Positions 19,477-28,782 of a DNA stretch of 64,000 nucleotides are shown piece by piece (positions within the stretch are counted from its first letter, which is position 1; each line of letters begins with the position of its first letter). The notes beneath the pieces are model-generated. The model was not told the DNA's origin, did no database searches, and saw only the letters and a program-made list of their open reading frames with translations. Location: IMG/VR virus record IMGVR_UViG_3300025929_000012, positions 32,001 through 96,000 of that record; one strand, 5' to 3'. Source of the stretch: a virus. A program made the translations under genes and the position numbers.

Positions 19477-20091
19477 CTAGAAGAGCATGCCCTCCGGTGG
19501 CGGGGGGACGGCTAGCGCGATGCGGCGGAAGGCGCGGGCCAACTGCGTCCGGCTAATCCCCGACTCGGCAGCCAGCGCCAGGACGGTTGCCCCGGCCCGC
19601 CAGCGCGCGTACAGGGCGGTGTACACCTCATCGTCGTACTTGGTGTTGACGCCGCGCTCCGCGTTGACCTTCTGGGGGACTGGCTCCAGATGATTCGGGT
19701 TGACGCACCGCCTGTGAAGGCACTGCCGCCCGCCGGGGCACGTCAGCCGCTCGCGGGTGTGGCACAGGTGGTCAAGTTGGAGGCCAGCCGGGACCGGCTT
19801 CACGAAGCGCTCATACGCCCAGCGATGCGGGCCGACTACCTTCCTAGCGCCGTTCCCGAACTCGCCGTAACCGTCGCGATTGACGCTAGCCGTCCACGTC
19901 CAGCACCCGCCGGGCTCCTTGCGGACATGAGAGAAGAACCGCTCCTCCATGTCTTCGATGACCGTGGAGCGTGCCCCGCCGAGGTTGCCGCTGTTGCGCT
20001 GCCGCAGGTAGTGCATGTTGCACAACCCGAGCGCGTAGTGAGGCTTGGGGCAACTGCCGTCACCGGCATAGCCGCAAGTACGCTGTTGCAT
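19477..20091 (-). CDS. Free-standing HNH (His-Cys box) homing endonuclease
   Basis: CWTW...GYG...HRWAYE...LDHLC...CVNPNHLEPV...N; N-terminal C..C..GLCNMHY; C-terminal HTH. Confidence 0.92.
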   Translation of the reverse strand: MQQRTCGYAGDGSCPKPHYALGLCNMHYLRQRNSGNLGGARSTVIEDMEERFFSHVRKEPGGCWTWTASVNRDGYGEFGNGARKVVGPHRWAYERFVKPVPAGLQLDHLCHTRERLTCPGGRQCLHRRCVNPNHLEPVPQKVNAERGVNTKYDDEVYTALYARWRAGATVLALAAESGISRTQLARAFRRIALAVPPPPEGMLF

Positions 20092-20199
20092 GTCGATGCC
20101 TCTGACCAGGTGTCGGCGGTGCTCCGGGGTCTGCGTCTGGGAAGTCCAGACTCCGGAGCCTTATTCGTACAGTCTATCGCATTACCGCCATTATCCTGC

Positions 20200-20808
20200 C
20201 TATGAGGTCGCGATGGCGGTCAGGTCAATTAGAGAGACCGAGGACATGGGGCAGGTCGCTGAAAGGGTCACGGGATAGAGCCGCGCATTAGCGGCTCTCC
20301 GGAAATCTGTCTTCACGCTCCCGGCGCTCATGACGGTGGGCACCGACAGTACCCGGGCGAAGCCGAGCTGGTTCTTGCCGACGACCGCACAGGCAAGGCT
20401 CGCGAAACTTGTCGAAAGTACGAGCGTGGACTTGCCGGGCTGGCTGGCGCCGGGGGCGGTGACCGAGATCGAGCCACCGTTGCCGTACGCCAAGTTGACG
20501 TTCGCCAGCGTCTCCTCGGAGAGGCTCGTGGTTATCTGAAGGCTGACGTTGGTGACGATCACCGCGACCGGCGTCGTTTGCTCTTCGACATTGATGTCGT
20601 TAGTCGACGGAGCGTAGTTGACGGAAACACCCTGGTCGGTGGCCCCGACGTAGGACCAGCCGCCGGACACCCAGGAGGAGCCGACGCCGAGGTTCTGATC
20701 GGACGGGAGGGCGGTGCCGACGGGGGCGGTAAATAGAACACCAATTCCATACAAGACGTTGGTGCTCGTGTAGGCGGGAGGGGTGTAGAGCAGCGGCGCA
20801 CCAGGCAT
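20200..20808 (-). CDS. Major tail (tube) protein
   Basis: YVGATDQGV...VEEQ...LSEETLANV; strong AAGGAGG RBS; position before TAC. Confidence 0.85.
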   Translation of the reverse strand: MPGAPLLYTPPAYTSTNVLYGIGVLFTAPVGTALPSDQNLGVGSSWVSGGWSYVGATDQGVSVNYAPSTNDINVEEQTTPVAVIVTNVSLQITTSLSEETLANVNLAYGNGGSISVTAPGASQPGKSTLVLSTSFASLACAVVGKNQLGFARVLSVPTVMSAGSVKTDFRRAANARLYPVTLSATCPMSSVSLIDLTAIATS

Positions 20809-20929
20809 GGGCGGGGGCCTCCTTCAGGCGGCGGGCATGGAGAAGGCCCGCGCCAGGACGGGCGGGCCGGGGTGGCGTACGGGGCGTTTAAGCGCGGCGG
20901 GATGCGGGAAGGGCGCTACGATTGGTGAC

Positions 20930-21166
20930 ATGGGCGACACGCTGACGAGGCCGGCGGCGGCATGCCGTGACGTGATGGGCACGCTCGCGGTCCGCCTGTG
21001 CACGCTGCAGGAGGCGCGGATGGCTTCCGGGGCGGTGCTGCTGCTCCCCGCCGGGACCTGCCCCGATGCCGGGGACCGCTACTGCGGCTGGCCCGTGGTC
21101 AGGTGCTGCTGCATCCGGGAGCCGATGATCGGACTGCCGGGTCGCGATCGGGGGCGCGTGGCGTGA
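20930..21166 (+). CDS. Hypothetical protein
   Basis: TACGAT 7 nt before ATG (leaderless). Confidence 0.65.
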   Translation: MGDTLTRPAAACRDVMGTLAVRLCTLQEARMASGAVLLLPAGTCPDAGDRYCGWPVVRCCCIREPMIGLPGRDRGRVA

Positions 21167-21528
21167 GCAGCCCCTTGAAGCTGACCGTCATGACCGGGGC
21201 GGAGGGCGAGCCGACCGGGTTCGACTCCGCGATCGCATCCGTGCCCGGCCGCCTCTGGCACGTCACCGCGGACGGGGAGCGGATGCTGCTGCTGTCGGTG
21301 GCCCGCCGTGAGCTGCGGGAACTGTCGGAGAAGCTCGCCGCGGGCATCAGGGAAAGGCTTCATCACGCCGACTGGGTGATCACCGCCGACCCGGATGAGG
21401 TCGCCGCGCTGGGGCTGATGCATGACTGCGCGTCCTGCCGGGCCGGGGTTGACCAGGCGCTTGCGCGGATGCGGGAGAAGCCCGGCACGGACATGGCCGT
21501 CGGGCAGTTGTGGTGGGCGCGGCAGTGA
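21163..21528 (+). CDS. Hypothetical protein
   Basis: GTGA overlap; HDCASC. Confidence 0.65.
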   Translation: MSSPLKLTVMTGAEGEPTGFDSAIASVPGRLWHVTADGERMLLLSVARRELRELSEKLAAGIRERLHHADWVITADPDEVAALGLMHDCASCRAGVDQALARMREKPGTDMAVGQLWWARQ

Positions 21529-21776
21529 GCGGCCGGTGGGAGCACGACGACGGCGAAGCCCGGTGGGAGCTGGTCGCCTACCGCGAGGACGTCCCCAGGA
21601 TGACCACGGACCGGATTGTCGGCGCATGGGTGACTGACGAGATGATCGCGTCGGTGGCCAGCCCGCAGAGGCTCGCCGTGAGCCTGTTCAATACGATCGG
21701 GTCGGTGCCGCCCCCGCTGGAGGAGCACCTTCCGCCGTGGGACCCGAACGTGGTCACCTGCGGGGCCGGATCGTGA
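21525..21776 (+). CDS. Hypothetical protein
   Basis: GTGA overlap. Confidence 0.6.
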   Translation: MSGRWEHDDGEARWELVAYREDVPRMTTDRIVGAWVTDEMIASVASPQRLAVSLFNTIGSVPPPLEEHLPPWDPNVVTCGAGS

Positions 21777-22087
21777 GCGGCTTCAATAAGCCGGTGCCGA
21801 AGGTTGCCCGGGTGCTGCTGCGGGTTGAGTGGATGGACGGGCAGGTCCGGGAGTTCGACGCCGAGGAACCGCACGGGCTGGAGGTGGCCATCGGGCGGGA
21901 GCCGCCACCGCCGGACTTCGACGCGTGGGCGGAGGCGCTGGGGAATGAAGCGGGCCTGTGGAGGCCAGAGCACCTGCTGGGCCCGGAGGCGATCTACGAC
22001 GGGGGCGCGTTCGGCGTCGAGGTGAGGTTCAAGGCCAACTCGGACAGCAGCAGGCACCCGTTCACGATCCGGGAGCCGGAACTGTGA
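21773..22087 (+). CDS. Hypothetical protein
   Basis: GTGA overlap. Confidence 0.6.
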   Translation: MSGFNKPVPKVARVLLRVEWMDGQVREFDAEEPHGLEVAIGREPPPPDFDAWAEALGNEAGLWRPEHLLGPEAIYDGGAFGVEVRFKANSDSSRHPFTIREPEL

Positions 22088-22260
22088 CCGCGCCCGCGTT
22101 CACCTGCCCGTGCTGCGGCGCGGTGTCGCATCACCCTGCCGACGTTGAGTTCCGCTACTGCGGACGCTGCCACTGGTACACGGGTGATCCTGAGCTCGGC
22201 CCGGTGCACCTCGCGGATGCGTGCGAGGCCCGGACTGCGCCTACAGCTCGCGGAGGGTGA
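22084..22260 (+). CDS. Small Zn-ribbon protein
   Basis: FTCPCC...SHHPADV..RYCGRCH. Confidence 0.7.
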   Translation: MTAPAFTCPCCGAVSHHPADVEFRYCGRCHWYTGDPELGPVHLADACEARTAPTARGG

Positions 22261-22621
22261 GCCCGGCTGCCTGCGCTGCCGCGTAAGCCCGTTCAGCGAC
22301 CGCGTCCGGTACCTCGGTGCCGTACACGTCGATGGTGACCGTCTCCCCGCCAGCCTCAAGGGGGGGCACGATCAGCTCGGTCATCGGGGGGACGGTGGCG
22401 AGGTTCACGTGCCCTTCGCGGGCGGGCTCCATCGGCTGGGGGAAGACGGCGGTGCCGGTGTCGGTGACCGCCACCCCGCCGGCCTGCGCGGTACCCTCCT
22501 CGGCAGGCGGGGGGAACCCGGTGGGGATCGGCGGCGGCACGGGCGGGTCCTCTACGGGCACCACGGGCGGGTCCGCGGCGTCCGCCGGCTCCGGCGCGTC
22601 TTGCTCGGGCGTGAAGGGCAC
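22241..22621 (-). CDS. Pro/acidic-rich hypothetical virion protein
   Basis: AGGAGG RBS; between head-tail and tail tube genes. Confidence 0.7.
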   Translation of the reverse strand: MPFTPEQDAPEPADAADPPVVPVEDPPVPPPIPTGFPPPAEEGTAQAGGVAVTDTGTAVFPQPMEPAREGHVNLATVPPMTELIVPPLEAGGETVTIDVYGTEVPDAVAERAYAAAQAAGLTLREL

Positions 22622-22631
22622 TGCGAGCCTC

Positions 22632-23003
22632 CTAAGGGACGGGAACGCACTGATACAGCGTGACGCTGTTGCCGGTGACCACGGAGAAGTCGACGTAGGC
22701 CATGCCGGAGCCGTCGGCCTGGGTGAAGTCAGCGGCGGACCACGGGCCGAAGATGTAGTTGGTGGAGTTCGCCACCGCGGCCTGGATCGTGGACGCCGGG
22801 TACGCCTGGCCTTGCACCTTCCGGCCGATGTTCGACTGGACGTTCCCGGCCCCCGCAGCGCCGACGTACACGACGAGGAAGACCATCCCGTTGTTCGTGA
22901 ACTGGACGCCGGTGAAGGTCGCGAGAGACTGGGCGCCTGACGTGGGGAGGAGCAGGCCGGATGGCCCGGCGAGGTTGACCGGGGTGAGGGTGACGCGTGC
23001 CAT
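22632..23003 (-). CDS. Virion structural protein (beta-rich)
   Basis: FTNNGMVFLVVY...YIFGPW...YVDFS. Confidence 0.75.
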   Translation of the reverse strand: MARVTLTPVNLAGPSGLLLPTSGAQSLATFTGVQFTNNGMVFLVVYVGAAGAGNVQSNIGRKVQGQAYPASTIQAAVANSTNYIFGPWSAADFTQADGSGMAYVDFSVVTGNSVTLYQCVPVP

Positions 23004-23044
23004 CGCCGCCGCCTTCCGCTAGTGGGACTGGTAGGGCAGCCGGG

Positions 23045-23476
23045 TCACGTGGAGTCAGCCAGCCACTTCTGGAAATCGCCGTAGACGATGATCGGGCACG
23101 ACGTGACGGTGCTCCCGGCGGTGATGCCGAGGCGGATGTAGGAGCCGGGGAAGCCGCCGTTGACGGGGATGATGAAGCTCGCGCCCGTGACCGCGGTGAT
23201 CGCGGTGATGGTGGTGCCGACTCCGTTGAGGGGGTTGGTGATCAGCCCGGCGGCAGCTGCTCCGGAGGCGCCGATCCACGTGGTGCCGTTGTCGGGGCTT
23301 ACCTGGAGGAACGGCAGGATCGTGGGGGTGCCGGCGATGGTGCCGAAGATCCCGTACACGTAGCCGCGGACCCAGTCCGACGCGCTGAACGCGGGGCCGT
23401 AAGTGGTCGCCGCGGCGGCTAGGGTGGTCTGGGGGTAAAGCTTGACGACGTCGCTCTCGTACCCGATGGGACTCAA
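23045..23476 (-). CDS. Virion structural protein (jelly-roll-like)
   Basis: LQVSPDNGTTW...YIRL; AAGGAG RBS. Confidence 0.75.
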   Translation of the reverse strand: MSPIGYESDVVKLYPQTTLAAAATTYGPAFSASDWVRGYVYGIFGTIAGTPTILPFLQVSPDNGTTWIGASGAAAAGLITNPLNGVGTTITAITAVTGASFIIPVNGGFPGSYIRLGITAGSTVTSCPIIVYGDFQKWLADST

Positions 23477-23501
23477 CTCCTTGACACGGAGGCCAGCGGC
23501 C

Positions 23502-23936
23502 TCAGTTGCTCACTTCGATGAGGTACTGGCAAACAAAACTGAACCTGTCTGCGTCGTCAGGCTCCCCTGACAGCGGCGCTGGTGCCCCCGACAGCCGGTG
23601 CGCGGTCACGATCACCTGGCCGGACGGCAGCGTCACCGGGTAGGCCGCGGCGAAGATGAGGGCATCGAGGCGGTGGGCGAGCGCCTCAGCGGCGGACTGG
23701 GCGCCCGGGGAGCCGTCGCCGCCCTGCGGCCCCCGTACGCGGGCCTGGAAGCCGCACACGTCGGTGGCGCCCTCAAGGCGGTACCCGGCCCCGGGGGTCG
23801 GCGTGATCACGCACACCTGGTCAGGGCTATCGGGGATGTACGGGCCGAGGTAGAACGGGACGCCGGTCTCCTGGTTAGAGTCCCACCCGCCGAGGGTCGA
23901 AAGCCACGAGATCAACGCTGCGGACGGGACGGGCAT
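23502..23936 (-). CDS. Tail terminator
   Basis: PDSPDQVCVIT...FQARVRG...DDADR; position. Confidence 0.8.
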   Translation of the reverse strand: MPVPSAALISWLSTLGGWDSNQETGVPFYLGPYIPDSPDQVCVITPTPGAGYRLEGATDVCGFQARVRGPQGGDGSPGAQSAAEALAHRLDALIFAAAYPVTLPSGQVIVTAHRLSGAPAPLSGEPDDADRFSFVCQYLIEVSN

Positions 23937-24465
23937 CGCTCACCCCGGGCGTGGTCTCGGAGCCGGAGCACTGCCCGTCAATGGCCTGATGGCAGCCGTT
24001 GTCCTGCCAGACTGCGGCCGGGCAGGAGCATTCCGGGCCTTGACTAGGGCGGACCGGGCACCCGGGATGGGAATACGCGCACCAGTGCAGTCCGGCGAAG
24101 GTGACGCCGCCCGGCTGGCAGGCGAGGACGGCGAGGCCCCGGGCGAGGTGGTTGAACACTTCCCCGGCGGACCAGGACGGCTCACCGCGCACGTGGCAGT
24201 AGCACTTCGGGCTGACACAGCCTTCACCGTGGCAGCGGCAGTCCCTCACCGTGCAGCGCGGCCCGGAAAGGTGCCCGGCCAGTTCTTTCGCCCCGTGGCC
24301 GAACCGGGGGCCGCCGCCGTACTGGAGGACGTCGCCCTGTGACCCGGTGACGCTGGCCGCCTCTTCCGCGATCCGGTGGCGTTCCGCGAACGGCAGGCCC
24401 CGCACCTCGGCGAGGTGCATCGGGACGGCGACTTCAAGGGTGATCGCGAGGACCCCGCTATCCAC
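23875..24465 (-). CDS. Hypothetical Cys-rich protein
   Basis: GDVLQYGG...FNHLARGLAVLACQPGGVTFAGLHWC; GTG overlaps the upstream stop. Confidence 0.7.
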   Translation of the reverse strand: MDSGVLAITLEVAVPMHLAEVRGLPFAERHRIAEEAASVTGSQGDVLQYGGGPRFGHGAKELAGHLSGPRCTVRDCRCHGEGCVSPKCYCHVRGEPSWSAGEVFNHLARGLAVLACQPGGVTFAGLHWCAYSHPGCPVRPSQGPECSCPAAVWQDNGCHQAIDGQCSGSETTPGVSDARPVRSVDLVAFDPRRVGL

Positions 24466-25110
24466 GGGCTGCCCTCGCCTTGTCCCGTTCCCGGCGGCGC
24501 AGGACCCCCATGACGCTGTCGTTGCCGGAACGGCACACGTGAGCGCCCCGCCGGTCATTGCCCCACAGCCGCGACGGCTGCTCGCCCTCATGCCACAGGC
24601 GCAGGAACCGCAGCCGGGCCAGCCGGACGCGCCGGTAGTAGGCGCCCATCCGCAGCCCCAGCGCAGCCGCGGCCTTGCCGTACTCGTCATGCACCGCCAG
24701 CGCCAGCAGCGCTTCCCGGTCCACGTCGCGGAGCCGCGCCCACACCTGCCACAGCGCGAGCCGCTCCACGATGCCGTTCTCCGGCGAGGGAGTGACCCGC
24801 ACTGCCTCATTCCAGTACAGGGCGTAGCTGGGCCTCTCGCTGCCGTCCGGTTTCAGGCCCCAGTGGTGCCGCTCGTCGGTCAGGAACCCCGACAGTGCCT
24901 CCCACCCGGCATGCACTAGCTCAGACGGCTCAGGGCGGTCCTCAGCGGCGTACAGGGCCTCCGCGATGCCTGACCAGGCGAGGTGGTAGCGGAGCCGCCG
25001 GTCAGCGTTCCTCGCCCATCCCCGGGACAGCGCCGAGCGTGCCAGGACGTCCAGGTCGGCGAGGTTGTAGCCGTGGCGCAGCGCGTGAACGTCCTCGTAA
25101 GCGAGTTGCA
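24458..25110 (-). CDS. Sigma-factor region 4-like DNA-binding protein
   Basis: IVERLALWQVWARL...REALLALA...YGKAAAALG...RVRLARLRF; start uncertain (25110 or 25144). Confidence 0.65.
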
Positions 25111-25322
25111 CCCTCACCCGCCCGCAGTGCTCGGAGCCGCTCACGGGCGGCGGGATCGGCGGGCAGCCCCCAGCGCCCCGACTTCTGCCGCGCCAGCCCT
25201 GCGTCTGCGGGGTCCTTGCACAGGACGGGTGGGACGCGCTTGCGGTCTACGTCGTGGTGGCGGTCGAACGCGGTCAGGCCGGTGAACCAGCGCAGGCAGG
25301 CGGCGCACTGGCAGGCGGGCAT
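25002..25322 (-). CDS. FDXHR-type zinc-binding protein
   Basis: CAAC..WFTGLTAFDRHH...CKDP..AGL. Confidence 0.75.
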   Translation of the reverse strand: MPACQCAACLRWFTGLTAFDRHHDVDRKRVPPVLCKDPADAGLARQKSGRWGLPADPAARERLRALRAGEGATRLRGRSRAAPRLQPRRPGRPGTLGAVPGMGEER

Positions 25323-25351
25323 CGCTCACCTCAACCGGCTACGGTGAGCGG

Positions 25352-25738
25352 ATGACACTTCACGATGAGCTAACAACCGAGGTCCGCCGTATCAACTGGG
25401 GCTGGTTCGGGGAGCCATGGCCGTCAGGCATCTGCTACGGCGACGACGGCCGGCTGCTGGAGGAGATGCGCAAGCCGTTCCCCGCAGGTGAGAACTGCCT
25501 GTACTGCGATGAGCCGTTCGACGAGGCCGCCGGTGATTCCGGGCAGGCGAGACCGCTCACCGGGCCGTCCGGCCGGTCAGAGATCCGCCATGTCCACAAG
25601 GAGTGCGGGCTCCGTGAGGTGACCGGTTCGGTTGCCTGCCTTGAAGGCCACCACCGGCACGACACGGGGCAGTCCCGGCGGCAGGAGGCGCTTGCAGCAT
25701 GGGCGTGGGTTCAGGAGCACGGGACGGCGGGCGGATGA
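25352..25738 (+). CDS. Hypothetical Zn-binding protein
   Basis: CLYC...HKECGLR; TACGGT 6 nt before ATG. Confidence 0.75.
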   Translation: MTLHDELTTEVRRINWGWFGEPWPSGICYGDDGRLLEEMRKPFPAGENCLYCDEPFDEAAGDSGQARPLTGPSGRSEIRHVHKECGLREVTGSVACLEGHHRHDTGQSRRQEALAAWAWVQEHGTAGG

Positions 25739-25944
25739 CCGGCGACACGGCGGCGCAGACTGAATCGCGGTCCGTGCCCGCCTTCCTGGTGCGGAACGTG
25801 CAGGAGCTAGCCTTCAGGATCGCGCAGGACCCGTACGCATGGCAGGTGGCCAGCGACCTGCGCAAGCTCGGGCTTGAGGTAGCGCTCCAGGTCCAGCCGC
25901 TCAGAAGCCCCGGCTCCACAGGAAGCGGAGCTGTTTCGCCGTGA
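25735..25944 (+). CDS. Hypothetical protein
   Basis: ATGA overlap. Confidence 0.55.
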   Translation: MTGDTAAQTESRSVPAFLVRNVQELAFRIAQDPYAWQVASDLRKLGLEVALQVQPLRSPGSTGSGAVSP

Positions 25945-26399
25945 ACCGTGACGGCACGGGGTGATGCAGCCGGTAAAGCGCCTTCAGTTCCTCTTCGGAC
26001 AGGCGATGCTGACGCGGGGGGCGGTCGTAGACGGTGACGCCGTCACTAGTCACGCTCGGGTGGCCGGAGGCCCGCAGGTTGGCGTACAAGACCGGAGCCC
26101 TGGTTGCGACCCCGCCCTCTTCGGCAAGGTTCTCCATGCTCTCAGCAAGCGACGCCTCGCCGCCATCCTTAAGCAGCCGGTCAGCGTACGCCTGAAGGTA
26201 GCGGGGGTGGTTGTCTAGCAGCGGCTGGGAGAGGTACAGCGCCTGCCCGCCCCTGGGATGCCTTAGGTCCAGGCCCTCGGGTAAGTGCTGGTAGCGCGCG
26301 TACATCTAAAATCTGGTCGACAACTACACTGCCGACCAGATCGCCGCTACCAACGATTTCCTTCAGGGCATCGATGCGCTCGCCAAAGGTGGAAGCCAT
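25901..26399 (-). CDS. Head-tail joining/tail completion protein, split by a 7-nt and a 6-nt TTA-initiated insert
   Basis: First 30 codons (...GSVVVDQI) in one frame, YARYQH[LP]EGLDLRHPRGGQALYL in another. Confidence 0.75.
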
Positions 26400-26457
26400 G
26401 ACCCCCTATCACCTCCCCTCAGCGACTGAGGCGAGCCGCGCGGACGCGGCGCTGGCC

Positions 26458-26667
26458 GTGATCTTCAGCAACCCGTGCGCCTGCCCGGAACGCCACGCGG
26501 GCAGCCCGGACGGCGCTTGTGGGCTCCGGGCTGCGAATACGATCAGTCACGCCGGAGCGGACCTCGCGGTGTGCATCCCCTGCGTGCGGTGCCTGCTTGA
26601 CGTAGAATTCGCGGTACCCCCGGGGCGCGCAAGCGGGTCAGCGAGCAGGCGCCTGCGGACTGGCTAG
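26458..26667 (+). CDS. Possible small Cys-rich protein
   Basis: CxC..H..C..CxxCxxC; no clear RBS or -10. Confidence 0.35.
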   Translation: MIFSNPCACPERHAGSPDGACGLRAANTISHAGADLAVCIPCVRCLLDVEFAVPPGRASGSASRRLRTG

Positions 26668-26766
26668 GGACCGTGATACTGCGCGGGGCACGAGCCTGCT
26701 CGATCGGCAGGCCGGTGCGGCGCAAGTCACGGGAACGGCCCCGGGGGGATCACAGGACGGGTGCGC

Positions 26767-27120
26767 TCACGGCGGGAAGCCGAGCCGCCGCATCGTGTCG
26801 GCCGCCTCGGGCAGCTTCATGCTCAGACCGTTCGGGGTGCTGGACCATCCGGGGTAGGCAGCCGAGTAGTCCCGGTCCAGCTGCACCGCTTCCTTCTCCA
26901 GGGCATCCCCGTACTCGGCCTGCGTGATGACGCCCTTGCTGACCAGCAGCCCGGTCAGCGCGGTCACCTCGGCGCGGAGCAGGATGGTGACCTCACGGTG
27001 ATCACGGACGGCCTTCGACTCCCCGTCGCTGTCGGGGCGGGTGCCGAGCTGCCAGCCGGTGAAGAACTTCCGCCACTTGGCCAGCTTCTCCAGCGCCGCC
27101 ATCAGGCTCTCGTCACTCAT
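26767..27120 (-). CDS. Hypothetical protein
   Basis: 117 aa, normal codon usage; WRKFFTGWQLGTR. Confidence 0.75.
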   Translation of the reverse strand: MSDESLMAALEKLAKWRKFFTGWQLGTRPDSDGESKAVRDHREVTILLRAEVTALTGLLVSKGVITQAEYGDALEKEAVQLDRDYSAAYPGWSSTPNGLSMKLPEAADTMRRLGFPP

Positions 27121-27162
27121 GGTGAGTCACCGTATCGCCTGCGCTGAGGCGATGACGGCCAT

Positions 27163-27672
27163 TCACCGCCACCCGTCAGCGAGCCGTGAACCCGGTGCCC
27201 CGGCTGGCATGATGCCGCCCCGGCCGTCGGGTTCGGTGCCGCTGTCTTCCCAGGTGAAGATCCTCGGCAGCCGGTTGACGACCTTCCCTGGACGGTCAAC
27301 GGGGTCAGCGGGGCCGGTGGGCGCGACGTCGATCCTTCCCGCCGCCACGTCCTTGAGCGTCGAGATGGCGTCAAGATAACCCAGGTAGACCGGGTCCATT
27401 GGCGAAAGGTCTTTGCCTTTCCTGTACGTTAGCGTTCCGTAAAACGTGCCGATCTGGATGGTGCACGTTTTTACGAGGTCGGGGACCGTCACCGTGGGGT
27501 TGGCGGCATCCACGGCGTAACTCGTGCCGACGTAACTCGAAACCTTGGCGCTGGCCTGGGCGATCGCCGCCGAGAGCTGGTCATCGCCGAGCTGCGCGCA
27601 AGTCCCGGTTCCGGCGTCGGTACCTGCGACGTTGGCCCGGATGTCGCTTGGCAGACAATACATGGCGGCCAT
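27163..27672 (-). CDS. Head-tail adaptor (Mu gp36/DUF1320-like)
   Basis: MYCLPSDIR...AIAQASAKVSSYVG...Y.DAISTLKDVAAGRI. Confidence 0.8.
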   Translation of the reverse strand: MAAMYCLPSDIRANVAGTDAGTGTCAQLGDDQLSAAIAQASAKVSSYVGTSYAVDAANPTVTVPDLVKTCTIQIGTFYGTLTYRKGKDLSPMDPVYLGYLDAISTLKDVAAGRIDVAPTGPADPVDRPGKVVNRLPRIFTWEDSGTEPDGRGGIMPAGAPGSRLADGWR

Positions 27673-27851
27673 CAGGGCACCGGCCTCTCGCTCGCCTCAC
27701 GGCCGTCGAGGCTGTGGTGTACCAGCAGCCATCCGTCTGAGCCGTCAGCGAGCGCCACGAGCCGCGCCTGGGGCACGCAGGCGCATTCCTCGCTGACCTC
27801 ATGCTCAATCAGGTCGCCCAGGGGGATGACGTGGGCCTCGTTGCCGCTCAT
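27672..27851 (-). CDS. Small Zn-binding phage protein
   Basis: HVIPLGDLIEH...CAC.P...GWLLVHHSLDGRE; TGATG overlap. Confidence 0.7.
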   Translation of the reverse strand: MSGNEAHVIPLGDLIEHEVSEECACVPQARLVALADGSDGWLLVHHSLDGREASERPVP

Positions 27852-27856
27852 GACCG

Positions 27857-28024
27857 TCAGGCCGGGTCGTCTGGTGCGCCGGCACAGCAGCAGCAGTCCC
27901 GGTCAGTGCAGCGGTCGCAGCGGCCACGCTTGCACGGGGGGCACACCCAGTCGCCGTCCAGGTCCGCGTCCGCCGGCTCCCCTGGGGCCGTCTCAGCGGC
28001 GGGAAGGCTGCCCTGCGCGGTCAC
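27857..28024 (-). CDS. Small Cys-rich protein
   Basis: CPPCKRGRCDRCTDRDCCCC; GTGA overlap. Confidence 0.55.
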   Translation of the reverse strand: MTAQGSLPAAETAPGEPADADLDGDWVCPPCKRGRCDRCTDRDCCCCAGAPDDPA

Positions 28025-28257
28025 GGCACGAGGTCCCCGTCGTCATCGCCGTCGTCCCCGGCCGGCTGCCGCGCTCCCAGGTCACGGAGGGCTGACATGA
28101 GCTCGGCGATGCCCTCCGCCACGCACCCCGGCAGCCCCGCCGCCTCAGCCGGGGTCATCCCCGAGATCAGCGCACTGGCCGCGTGGGCACGGGCGATGAA
28201 CGACGCCACCGGCTCCACGTCGGCGACAGTGACCTTGACGACGGCGTAACGGGCCAC
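28021..28257 (-). CDS. Hypothetical protein
   Basis: Fits operon spacing. Confidence 0.55.
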   Translation of the reverse strand: MARYAVVKVTVADVEPVASFIARAHAASALISGMTPAEAAGLPGCVAEGIAELMSALRDLGARQPAGDDGDDDGDLVP

Positions 28258-28266
28258 GGCCAGCCC

Positions 28267-28731
28267 TTACCTGTCCTTCGCCGCGTCCGGGTCAACCGAG
28301 AAATCGGTCTTCGGGTCGGTGGCCTCCGGGGCGTTCCTCGGGTCCGCCGGGTCGGTGACCTCCACCCGGGACGCGCCGGGCGGGTCGGGGCGGGCGCCGA
28401 ACTGCTCAGCCTTAGGCCGCTCCCCGAACAGGTCTCGTGCCCGGATCGCCGCCGCCGGGTCGTTCTGGTCCTTCGCGGGGCGGATCACCGGGACACGGTG
28501 GCGGGTCAGGAACCCGCGGGCGGTGTCCTCGTCCAGGACGACTGTCTCGCCCTTGTGGACGATGTCGGCCATCTTCTCCCCGCTCTTGGGGTCCGTGATG
28601 GTCCTGCTGATCGACAGGTTCGTGAGGGCTTCCCACAGGCGCGTGGTGACCTTCGGCTTCGGGTCGGCCTCTGCGGTCGCCGGCCTGGCCTCGGGCGGCG
28701 CAGCGGGCTCTGCGGGCTTTGCTGGGGGCAT
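28267..28731 (-). CDS. Hypothetical head-associated protein
   Basis: GGAGG RBS; position after capsid. Confidence 0.75.
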   Translation of the reverse strand: MPPAKPAEPAAPPEARPATAEADPKPKVTTRLWEALTNLSISRTITDPKSGEKMADIVHKGETVVLDEDTARGFLTRHRVPVIRPAKDQNDPAAAIRARDLFGERPKAEQFGARPDPPGASRVEVTDPADPRNAPEATDPKTDFSVDPDAAKDR

Positions 28732-28782
28732 GGGTGACGTACCTCCATGGCGGTAGGGGAAATGCCCGCCACGGAGGGCGGG

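Noticed and set aside
26279-26312. Self-splicing introns explaining the inserts
   Set aside because: 6-9 nt is far too short for group I or II introns
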